This document shows, in pieces, positions 1 through 7,462 of a DNA stretch of 32,000 nucleotides. Under the pieces are notes generated by a model, which worked only from the letters and a program-made list of their open reading frames with translations, searched no databases and had not been told where the DNA came from. Numbering within the stretch: position 1 is the stretch's first letter; each line of letters opens with the position of its first letter. The DNA comes from Nitratidesulfovibrio vulgaris str. Hildenborough (GTDB taxonomy: Bacteria > Desulfobacterota > Desulfovibrionia > Desulfovibrionales > Desulfovibrionaceae). The stretch is from positions 1,170,001-1,202,000 of the forward strand of contig NC_002937.3 in assembly GCF_000195755.1 (NCBI RefSeq), in the 5' to 3' direction. Made by a program: the position numbers and the translations under genes.

Positions 1-60
1 GCAGGGCGGCCTTGTCTCTGAAGCCCTGTACCGTTTCTGGATGGGCAGGCCTCACCGTCC

Positions 61-90
61 GCGTGTGCCGCGTGTACCGCGTGTGCCGCG
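61..90. repeat. 9-bp tandem repeat GCGTGTRCC, about 3.3 copies
   Basis: Read directly: gcgtgtgcc gcgtgtacc gcgtgtgcc gcg. It lies about 120 nt upstream of the gpt start. Confidence 0.7.
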
Positions 91-212
91 AATGATGTTT
101 CTTGGATGAGCGGTGGTGCAACGGAACCTCCTTGACAACAGACGCAGGGCAGGGCAAGGGAGGGCCACACATCATCCGGCCATCCGTTTCCCAACACTTC
201 CCGGAGGAGAGC

Positions 213-704
213 GTGAGCACCGCCGACCGCTATCGCAAGGTCTTTCCCGTCACCTGGGAGCAATTGCACCGCGACGCCAAAGCGCTTTCATGGCGCTTGC
301 TGGAAAAGGGCCCGTACAAGGGCATCATCGCCATCGCCCGGGGCGGCCTGGTGCCCGCTGCTGTCATCGCCCGTGAACTCGACATCCACCTTGTCGAGAC
401 CATCTGCATCTCAAGCTACCAGTGGCAGGAACAGACGAGCAGTCACAAGGTGCTGAAGACCGTCGAGGGGCGCGGCGAAGGCTGGCTCATCATCGACGAC
501 CTCGCCGACACCGGAGGCACCGCCCGCCTTGTGCGGGAGATGCTCCCCGAAGCGCACTTCGCCACTGTCTACGCCAAGCCCGCTGGCCGCCCTCTCGTGG
601 ATACGTTCATCACCGAAGTCAGTCAGGATACGTGGATACTCTTCCCGTGGGACTCCGAGGTGCAGTACGTGGTGCCTCTTGTCAATCAGCCGCAACAAAG
701 CTAG
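213..704 (+). CDS. gpt: xanthine-guanine phosphoribosyltransferase
   Basis: The translation aligns by eye along its whole length with E. coli Gpt (VTWEQL, GIIAIARGGLVPAAVIARELDI, CISSY, IIDDLADTGGTA, YAKPAGRPLVD, QDTWILFPWD). I chose GTG 213 because GGAGGAG at 203-209 precedes it. The TTG at 102 in the ORF track would add a non-homologous extension. Confidence 0.9.
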   Translation: MSTADRYRKVFPVTWEQLHRDAKALSWRLLEKGPYKGIIAIARGGLVPAAVIARELDIHLVETICISSYQWQEQTSSHKVLKTVEGRGEGWLIIDDLADTGGTARLVREMLPEAHFATVYAKPAGRPLVDTFITEVSQDTWILFPWDSEVQYVVPLVNQPQQS

Positions 705-789
705 ATTCCAAGGTTTCCGAGCGATGCGAGCAGGGGGGCGGAGTTGCCCTGTCCCTGCCAAGCAAACCACCAACGCAGGGAGGAGCGCG

Positions 790-1938
790 ATGCGCCGCAT
801 TATCGTTCTGCTTGCCGCCATGCTTGTCCTTTCCGGGCTTGCCGGATGCGGCGATGACAAGAAACCCGCACAGGAGGCCCCCAAGCAGGAGGCTCCCAAG
901 CAGGAGGCCAAGGTCGAACAGCCTGCGGCCAAGGCGGGTGAAGACAAGAAGCTCCAGATCGGCCTCGTCTACATCTCCCCCGTGGGAGACGCCGGCTGGT
1001 CGTATTCCCATGATCAGGGCCGCAAGGCGCTTGAAGAGGCGGGTGGCGTCACCACGTCGTACGTCGAATCCGTGCCCGAAGGTCCCGACTCCGAACGAGT
1101 CATCCTGAACATGGCACGCAAGGGCTACGACATCATCTTCACCACCAGCTTCGGCTACATGGACCCCACCATCAAGGTGGCCAGCCAGTACCCCGACATC
1201 ACCTTCCTGCATTGCTCCGGCTACAAGACCGCGCCCAACGTCAGCAACTATTTCGGGCGCATGTATCAGGCCCGCTACCTGACCGGCATGGTTGCCGGGG
1301 CCATGACCAAGAACAACATCCTCGGCTATGTGGGCGCGTTCCCCATCCCCGAGGTCATCCGCGGCATCAATGCCTTCACGCTGGGCGCACGCGCCGTCAA
1401 TCCCAATGCGCAGGTGCGCGTGGTGTGGACAAAGACGTGGTACGACCCTGCGACCGAAAAGGAAGCCGCGAAGAGCCTGCTTGACGTCGGTGCCGACGTC
1501 ATCGCCCAGCATCAGGACTCTCCCGGCCCGCAAGAGGCCGCACAGGAACGCGGCGTGTACTCCGTCGGTTACCATACCGACATGAGCGCGTTCGCCCCCA
1601 AGGCCCACCTCACTTCCGCCGTCTGGAACTGGAAGGACTTCTATCTTGATGTCGTGAAGCAGGTTCGTGCCGGCACGTGGAAGTCCGGTTCGTACTGGCC
1701 CGGTATCGAGTCCGGGGTCGTCGACATCGCCCCCTACGGTGAGATGGTGCCGCAGGACGTGCGTGCCCGTGTCGACGCCGCCAAGGCGGACATCAAGTCC
1801 GGCAAGCTCAAGGTGTTCACCGGGCCGGTCAAGGACCAGAAGGGCGCAGTGCGCGTCGCCGAGGGCGCCGTGCCCACCGACCAGGACCTGCTTGGCATGA
1901 CCTGGTTCGTCGAAGGCGTCATCGGTACCACCGAGTAG
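790..1938 (+). CDS. BMP/PnrA-family ABC transporter substrate-binding lipoprotein (probable purine nucleoside receptor)
   Basis: ATG 790 follows AGGGAGGAG (777-785). There is a signal peptide with lipobox LSGLAGC, then an EAPKQ-repeat linker, then a BMP-family body (GLVYISPVGDAGWS, GYVGAFPIPEVIRGINAF). The part of the track ORF upstream of 790 is Arg/Ser/Pro-rich junk. Confidence 0.9.
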   Translation: MRRIIVLLAAMLVLSGLAGCGDDKKPAQEAPKQEAPKQEAKVEQPAAKAGEDKKLQIGLVYISPVGDAGWSYSHDQGRKALEEAGGVTTSYVESVPEGPDSERVILNMARKGYDIIFTTSFGYMDPTIKVASQYPDITFLHCSGYKTAPNVSNYFGRMYQARYLTGMVAGAMTKNNILGYVGAFPIPEVIRGINAFTLGARAVNPNAQVRVVWTKTWYDPATEKEAAKSLLDVGADVIAQHQDSPGPQEAAQERGVYSVGYHTDMSAFAPKAHLTSAVWNWKDFYLDVVKQVRAGTWKSGSYWPGIESGVVDIAPYGEMVPQDVRARVDAAKADIKSGKLKVFTGPVKDQKGAVRVAEGAVPTDQDLLGMTWFVEGVIGTTE

Positions 1939-1963
1939 TCGTAACATCTGGAGATTCCGGTAC

Positions 1964-3028
1964 ATGCTCGGATACCGTGTCGTGAAACGACAGGAGCCCC
2001 TTGAATGGGGCTCCTTTTTCATTTTTCTGCTGGCACTTGCCTTTTCGTTGTCGGTGAGCGGCCTCCTGCTCGCCATTCAGGGCAAGCCGTTCGCCGAGGG
2101 CATTCTCATCCTGTGGCGCGGTGGCTTCGGCTCGTTTGTCGCGCTCGAAGACACGCTTCTCAAATCCATTCCCATCTTCCTGTGCTCTCTGGGGGTTGCC
2201 GTGGCGTTTCGCATGCAGGTGTGGAACATCGGCGCCGAAGGGCAGTTCGCCTTGGGGGCTGTGGGTGCCACATGGGCGGTGATGACCTTCGGCGGTTTGC
2301 CGGGCTGGTTGCTCATGCCTGTCATGTTCCTGTGCGCTGCATTCGCCGGGGCCGCATGGGGCCTCATCCCCGCCGTGTTGCGTCTGCGTTTCGGGCTCAA
2401 TGAGATCATCTCGACGCTGATGTTCAACTACATCGGCATCCTGCTGCTGCAGTACCTTGTCTTTGGTTCATGGAAGGACCCGACAAGCTTCGGCTTCCCC
2501 ATGACGCCGATTTTTCCGGACGGGGCCATCATCGGGCGTCTGTTCGGGCGCATCCACTGGGGGCTTGTCGTCTGTGTCGGGGTCGCGGTGCTGCTTGGGG
2601 TGTTCCTGCGGCGCACGAGACTGGGCTTCGAACTTCTTGCAGGAGGTGAGAACCCGCGTGCTGCCCGGTATGCCCGTATGCCCTACGACTTTCTCGTATT
2701 GCTGGTGATGGGACTGTGCGGCGCGCTGGCTGGCTGGGCAGGTTGCATCGAGACCTCCGCCACGCTCAACAGGCTGCAGCCGAGCATCATGGTCGGCTAC
2801 GGGTACACCGCCATCGTGGTCGCGTGGCTTTCGCGGCTACGTATCTCTTCCATCGCGTTCTTCGCCTTCCTTCTCGCCGGGTTGCGCGTCGGAGTCGAGA
2901 ATCTGCAGCTCGACTTGCAGGTTCCGGCGGCCTTCGGCGGCATCATAGAGGGACTCATTCTCCTCTCTGTCCTCGCCGGGCAGTTCTTCGACAGTTACGC
3001 CCTGCGGCGTAGGGGGGGCGACGCATGA
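1964..3028 (+). CDS. ABC transporter permease (BMP/nucleoside-type, YufP-like)
   Basis: Polytopic hydrophobic protein of 354 aa. GGAGA sits 9 nt upstream of ATG 1964. Its stop overlaps the next start (ATGA at 3025-3028). Confidence 0.85.
   Translation: MLGYRVVKRQEPLEWGSFFIFLLALAFSLSVSGLLLAIQGKPFAEGILILWRGGFGSFVALEDTLLKSIPIFLCSLGVAVAFRMQVWNIGAEGQFALGAVGATWAVMTFGGLPGWLLMPVMFLCAAFAGAAWGLIPAVLRLRFGLNEIISTLMFNYIGILLLQYLVFGSWKDPTSFGFPMTPIFPDGAIIGRLFGRIHWGLVVCVGVAVLLGVFLRRTRLGFELLAGGENPRAARYARMPYDFLVLLVMGLCGALAGWAGCIETSATLNRLQPSIMVGYGYTAIVVAWLSRLRISSIAFFAFLLAGLRVGVENLQLDLQVPAAFGGIIEGLILLSVLAGQFFDSYALRRRGGDA
1992..2026 (+). terminator. intrinsic terminator/attenuator-like hairpin between the binding-protein gene and the permease genes
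   Basis: Perfect 9-bp stem aggagcccc (1992-2000) / ggggctcct (2007-2015), 6-nt loop, followed by TTTTCATTTTT. It lies inside the first codons of the permease ORF. Confidence 0.6.
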
Positions 3029-3945
3029 CAATTGAAATGGTCATTCCCGTACTCGCAGCAGCTGTGCAGTGCGGAACCCCCATCCTGTATGCCACTCTCG
3101 GCGAAATGCTCACTGAACGCGCGGGGGTGCTCAACCTCGGCGTCGAAGGGATGATGATCATCGGCACGTTCACGGCGTTTCTCGCCCTGCACCTGACCGG
3201 TGACCCGTGGATTGCCGTGGTCGTGGCGGCCCTGTGCGGTGGTGCGCTGGGACTGGTGCATGGCATCGTGTGCCTCGTCTTTCAGGGCAATCAGGTCGTT
3301 TCGGGGCTGGCGCTCACCATCTTCGGTGTGGGCCTCGCCGACTATCTCGGCACGCCGTTCGTAGGCACGGTGACCACTGGCTTCACGCCGTTCAGTCTGC
3401 CCGTACTGGGCGATATCCCCGTACTGGGTGAGGTGTTCTTCCGGCACGATGCTCTCGTGAACCTGTCCTATGTGCTGCCCCCGTTGTTCTGGCTGTTCCT
3501 TGCCCGCACCCGTTGGGGGCTGGCGCTGCGCGCCACGGGTGAACATCCCGCAGCTGCGGCCGCGGCAGGTATCAACCCGGTGCTCGTGCGCTGGGCTGCG
3601 CTCTTCGCGGGCGGTGCCCTTGTGGGCATCGGCGGTGCCTATCTTTCGCTCGCCTACACCCATCTGTGGACGAACAACATGACCGCAGGGCGAGGCTGGA
3701 TTGCCGTGGCACTGGTCATCTTCGCCTTCTGGAGGCCGGGGCGCGCCGTTCTCGGTGCCTATCTCTTCGGGGGCGTCATGGCTTTCCAACTCCGGTTGCA
3801 GGCCATGGGTGCCAGCGTGCCTTCCTCGTTGCTGCTCATGCTTCCGTATGCCTTGACCATCGGCGTCTTGCTGTTCTCGTCGGCGCGGGGCAAGGGGCGG
3901 GGTGCCCCCGCGGCACTCGGCGTCAACATCGAGCCCAAGGACTGA
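3025..3945 (+). CDS. ABC transporter permease (BMP/nucleoside-type, YufQ-like)
   Basis: Polytopic membrane protein of 306 aa, translationally coupled to the upstream permease by an ATGA overlap. Confidence 0.9.
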   Translation: MTIEMVIPVLAAAVQCGTPILYATLGEMLTERAGVLNLGVEGMMIIGTFTAFLALHLTGDPWIAVVVAALCGGALGLVHGIVCLVFQGNQVVSGLALTIFGVGLADYLGTPFVGTVTTGFTPFSLPVLGDIPVLGEVFFRHDALVNLSYVLPPLFWLFLARTRWGLALRATGEHPAAAAAAGINPVLVRWAALFAGGALVGIGGAYLSLAYTHLWTNNMTAGRGWIAVALVIFAFWRPGRAVLGAYLFGGVMAFQLRLQAMGASVPSSLLLMLPYALTIGVLLFSSARGKGRGAPAALGVNIEPKD

Positions 3946-3949
3946 CGCC

Positions 3950-5524
3950 ATGACAGTAGCGAATGCGAATGACACCGCACCCCATGCGGATTCCACGACC
4001 CCGCAGACGGGGCGTACCGGCAGGGCCCTTCGTCACGATGTGACACCCGTGGTGCGTCTTGAGGGCATCGGCAAGAGCTTCGGCCCCGTGCGGGCGAACC
4101 ACGACATCACGCTGGACATCGTCCCGGGCCGTATCAAGGCGTTGCTGGGTGAGAACGGGGCGGGCAAGTCGACGCTCATGTCCATCCTTTCCGGACGTCT
4201 GGCACAGGACACCGGCATCATCCATGTCGATGGCGAGGCGGTTCGCTTCCGTTCACCCAAGGATGCGCTCAAGGCGGGCATAGGCATGGTCTACCAGCAT
4301 TTCATGCTGGTGGATTCCATGACCGTGGCCGAGAACGTGCTTCTGGGGCAGTCGGGGGCGTGGTTGTCGCCTGTCCACATGAGCCGCGTGGTCGCTGAAC
4401 TCGCGGCCCGTTACGGTCTCGACATCGACCCCGCGGCACGCGTGTGCGACCTTTCCATGGGGGAGCGGCAACGGGTCGAGATTCTCAAGCTGCTGTATCG
4501 CGACAGCCGGGTTCTCATTCTCGACGAGCCCACCGCGGTGCTGACCCCCGGCGAGACCGAACAACTGTTCGAAGCCCTTCATCGCATGGCGGAGAATGGC
4601 AAGGCCATCGTCTTCATCAGCCACAAGATGCAGGAGGTGCTTGCCCTCGCGGACGAGATCGCCATCCTTCGTCGTGGCGAGGTCGTGGATGAGTTCCACG
4701 AATCGGAAGTGCCCGGAGAGGCTGAACTCGCCAATCGTATGGTGGGGCGCGAGGTCATCCTTGAAGTGGCTGCCGAACCGCTGGAACCCGGCGACCGGGT
4801 GCTGCATGTCGATGGACTTGCCGGTGACGGCCTCAAGGGGCTTTCATTCGAGGTTCGCAAGGGGGAGGTCTTCGCCATCGCTGGCGTAGCCGGGAACGGA
4901 CAACGAGAGCTCGTCGAATGTGTCACCGGGCTTCGCCGTCCTGCCGAGGGCGAGGTCGAACTTCTGGGTATCCCGTGGCGTCAGTTCTTCACGAAGGCAC
5001 CGCGACAGGGCGGGCTTGCCTACATCCCCGAAGACCGGCAGGGGCTGGCCACGTGTCTGTCTCTCGACCTTGTGGACAATTTCCTGCTCACTGCGCGTGG
5101 CTGCTTCACCCGTGGGCCTTTTCTCGACAGGAAGTCGGCCGATGCCGCCGCACGTGACATTCTCGCCGAATACAATGTCCAGCCCGGTCGCGCCGAAGCG
5201 CCAGCCCGGTCACTGTCGGGCGGCAACTTGCAGAAGCTGGTCGTGGGGCGTGAGTTCTACCGCAAACCATCGCTCATCGTGGCCGAGAACCCCACACAGG
5301 GTCTGGATATCGCGGCGACAGAGGAGGTCTGGGCCAGATTGCTCGAAGTGCGCTCCCATGCAGGTGTCCTGCTTGTCTCGGGAGACCTCAACGAGGTACT
5401 GGCATTGGCAGACCGTGTCGCTGTCATGTACCGCGGATGCTTCATCGGCCTGCTTGACCGCAGTGACACCAATAAGGTGGACGCCATCGGTCTTATGATG
5501 GCCGGGGTTTCGTGCGAAGGTTAG
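3950..5524 (+). CDS. ABC transporter ATP-binding protein with duplicated ATPase domains
   Basis: Walker A GENGAGKST, signatures LSMGERQRV and LSGGNLQKLVV, Walker B LILDEPT. ATG 3950 lies 4 nt after the permease stop. The part of the track ORF upstream of it overlaps the permease. Confidence 0.9.
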   Translation: MTVANANDTAPHADSTTPQTGRTGRALRHDVTPVVRLEGIGKSFGPVRANHDITLDIVPGRIKALLGENGAGKSTLMSILSGRLAQDTGIIHVDGEAVRFRSPKDALKAGIGMVYQHFMLVDSMTVAENVLLGQSGAWLSPVHMSRVVAELAARYGLDIDPAARVCDLSMGERQRVEILKLLYRDSRVLILDEPTAVLTPGETEQLFEALHRMAENGKAIVFISHKMQEVLALADEIAILRRGEVVDEFHESEVPGEAELANRMVGREVILEVAAEPLEPGDRVLHVDGLAGDGLKGLSFEVRKGEVFAIAGVAGNGQRELVECVTGLRRPAEGEVELLGIPWRQFFTKAPRQGGLAYIPEDRQGLATCLSLDLVDNFLLTARGCFTRGPFLDRKSADAAARDILAEYNVQPGRAEAPARSLSGGNLQKLVVGREFYRKPSLIVAENPTQGLDIAATEEVWARLLEVRSHAGVLLVSGDLNEVLALADRVAVMYRGCFIGLLDRSDTNKVDAIGLMMAGVSCEG

Positions 5525-5551
5525 CTGCGTTCTGATTCATAGTGCGTACAA

Positions 5552-5578
5552 GAAGGCCGGGGCAATGCCCCGGCCTTC
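5552..5578. terminator. GC-rich hairpin after the ABC operon
   Basis: Perfect 12-bp stem gaaggccggggc / gccccggccttc with a 3-nt loop, 28 nt after the stop. There is no clean T-tract on either side. Confidence 0.55.
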
Positions 5579-5726
5579 TCGCTGCTGTCGAAGGGCAGCA
5601 GCCTCGAAAAGCACGAGGAGACGGGATTCATTCCCGTCGTGCGCGAATGCCTTTTCGTGCCTACCATCGGTACAGCGTTGTGGTGACGGTTCAAGGCCCG
5701 AGAGAGGGGCGTGTCGTCATGTTGTC

Positions 5727-5753
5727 GGCCGGGGCGTTGCTCCGGCCTTCTTT
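5727..5753 (+). terminator. terminator-like hairpin with a T-rich tail in an otherwise unassigned spacer
   Basis: Stem ggccggggc (5727-5735) / gctccggcc (5739-5747) with one G-U pair and a gtt loop, followed by ttcttt. Confidence 0.35.
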
Positions 5754-5952
5754 CCCATGAAGTGAACCATTGCAATGAAGATGCGGGAGTGGGGCAGGAA
5801 GAGACCCACCCGCACGGCGGATGGGTCCGAAAAGGGTGTCTGTGACGTCTGCGTGGTGTCCATGGTGGGCATCACAGCGCATCGCGGTCCGTGGGCATGG
5901 GGCGTCACCCGTAACGCTGCGCATGCCGTCAGCAGAGTGAGGCAGCGTCACA

Positions 5953-6543
5953 TCAGCCGATGGTCTTCGTGTCGGATGCCGCGGTGGCGTCCACCGCGGC
6001 GGGTTCCTGTGCGTTGCAGTCGGCGGGGGGCGTACAGGAACCACACCCCCCGGAACAGCCGCCCCCGGACATGGAAGGGCAGGCAGGGGCTTCGTCCTGT
6101 GTCTCGTGCAGGTCTTTCATGTGCGGCAGCAGGGCCTTTGTGGCCAACGCAGATTTCGCATCGATGAACACTTCGCCGCCACTGATGCGGACGTCGAAGC
6201 TGGTGACCACACGTCTGTCGCCGGGGTGGATGAGCCCTTTCTGGCGCACCATCTCTTCGATGATGCCCTCGAGCGCCTCCCGTGCGTCGTCGTCAAGCCC
6301 GAAGCGGGCGATGGACTTCCTGAAGTTCGCCCTCCACCGTTCTTCGGGGAGGAACGCGGCGTTCCATGCGAAGATGCCAAGACTCACGGCGTTTTCGGGG
6401 CCGCTGAGGTCGGGTGCCACGGCAAGAAGGGGGCGACAGAAGTCGCGCAGTTCCTTGGCGAACGGGTCCATGACGCGTTCGGCCTTGCGCTGGCGGATGG
6501 CTGCGATGCGTTTCTTGAGCTTTTGCGGGTTCCTGCCGGACAT
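5953..6543 (-). CDS. hypothetical cytoplasmic protein with a C-terminal Cys/Gly-rich tail
   Basis: AAGGAG sits 5 nt upstream of ATG 6543. The amino-acid composition is protein-like. The tail is ACPSMSGGGCSGGCGSCTPPADC. It lies 61 nt downstream of, and on the same strand as, the periplasmic protein gene. I do not recognise the family. Confidence 0.7.
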   Translation of the reverse strand: MSGRNPQKLKKRIAAIRQRKAERVMDPFAKELRDFCRPLLAVAPDLSGPENAVSLGIFAWNAAFLPEERWRANFRKSIARFGLDDDAREALEGIIEEMVRQKGLIHPGDRRVVTSFDVRISGGEVFIDAKSALATKALLPHMKDLHETQDEAPACPSMSGGGCSGGCGSCTPPADCNAQEPAAVDATAASDTKTIG

Positions 6544-6604
6544 GGCGGCTCCTTGTTGCGGTGTTCCGGCTGGATGTAGGAGGTTTCGCCTGCTCTGGCA
6601 AGAC

Positions 6605-7267
6605 TCAGCGACGGCGCGAACGTGCCCAGAGGGCGAGTCCTGCCATGCCTACGAGGTAGCCGATGCCGCCGAAAATCTCCGGCAGTCGCGGGCCGCCAGC
6701 CGTGCTTGCCGCAATTGAGTGGCGCAGGGGGGCAAGCTTGGCTTCGAGTGCTTCGTCAATGATACGGCGCATGGTGGCTTCGTCGATGTTCCGGGATGTG
6801 GCTGGCACGGCGGTCTGCGATTGCGTCGCCTGCGGGGCTGTAGGGGAGGCTGCTGCCACCACCGGTGCTATGGGCTGTGCGCCGGGGGCTTCGGCTGAGA
6901 GATAGTCCTCAGGGGTGAGTTCCCATGTGTTGCGGTGCCCTTCGCTGGCTTGCAGTTCAAGACGCAACGTGGCCTTGCGCTGGCGCATGGCATCGGTGAT
7001 GGGCAATGTGGCCTTTCCCTGTTCGTTCGTCGTCGCTTCACCGAGGACCGTTCCGTCAGCGGCGTCGATGGCGGTCACCTTGCTGTTGCGGGCGGGATTG
7101 CCGCTGTTGAAGGTCGCCTCGGCGATGATGTTCCCACCTTCTGCCCATGCGAAGATGTTCACGCGGTGGGCGAGGGCCGGGGTGGCGAGGGTGATGGCAA
7201 AGACGAACGTCAGAACGGATGCAGACAGACGGGAGAGGCCCGTCGAGATGGCGGAGTGGATGATCAT
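6605..7267 (-). CDS. membrane-anchored periplasmic protein with a beta-sandwich-like domain and a predicted mature N-terminal His; putative metal binding
   Basis: AAAGGAGG sits 5 nt upstream of ATG 7267. The signal peptide ends ATPALA, then HRVNIFAWAEGG. A Pro/Ala/Gln linker follows, and the C-terminus is a TM anchor (IFGGIGYLVGMAGLALWARSRRR). It resembles accessory periplasmic components of Ni/Co uptake systems, but that is from memory only. Confidence 0.75.
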   Translation of the reverse strand: MIIHSAISTGLSRLSASVLTFVFAITLATPALAHRVNIFAWAEGGNIIAEATFNSGNPARNSKVTAIDAADGTVLGEATTNEQGKATLPITDAMRQRKATLRLELQASEGHRNTWELTPEDYLSAEAPGAQPIAPVVAAASPTAPQATQSQTAVPATSRNIDEATMRRIIDEALEAKLAPLRHSIAASTAGGPRLPEIFGGIGYLVGMAGLALWARSRRR

Positions 7268-7382
7268 GGTGCCTCCTTTGGCGAAAAGGCTGCCGAAAAA
7301 TGTCATGACTTGCAATCAGAAAAGTATACGAATCATGCTGGCGTAACACGCATCTGATCTCTGGCTGTGAGATGTCTGGGGG

Positions 7383-7399
7383 GTGTAAAGTATTCACAC
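7383..7399. promoter_or_regulatory. imperfect palindrome GTGTAAAGTATTCACAC in a divergent promoter region
   Basis: 6 of 8 positions pair around the centre at 7391. It lies in the most AT-rich stretch of the 195-bp divergent spacer, 64 nt upstream of ATG 7463. Confidence 0.3.
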
Positions 7400-7462
7400 C
7401 GTCTGCCGATACTAGAGAGGCAGGGGTTTCCATATGTTCGCCCGAAAGGGCCGGAGGAGACG

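Noticed and set aside
132-137. Perfect TTGACA -35 hexamer upstream of gpt
   Set aside because: There is no acceptable -10 hexamer 15-19 nt downstream (the sequence there is gcaaggga). I do not call a promoter.
102-212. N-terminal extension of gpt from TTG 102
   Set aside because: The extension has no homology to Gpt N-termini. GTG 213 has a strong GGAGGAG and reproduces the expected N-terminus.
876-915. 15-bp tandem repeat (caggaggcccccaag / caggaggctcccaag / caggaggccaag) in the lipoprotein gene
   Set aside because: It is in frame and simply encodes the QEAPK linker repeats that follow the lipobox. This is ordinary low-complexity tether sequence.
682-2076. 464-aa ORF on the - strand, with similar antisense ORFs at 2995-3996, 9513-10706 and 11276-12412
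   Set aside because: All are antisense to genes with clear homology (BMP lipoprotein, permease, yidC, jag). All have junk-like composition and no Shine-Dalgarno-supported starts.
7339-7355. Sigma54-like TGGCGT...GCAT string upstream of the FlgO-like gene
   Set aside because: The GG-to-GC spacing is 9 nt rather than the required 11, and the -12 element lacks TTGC.
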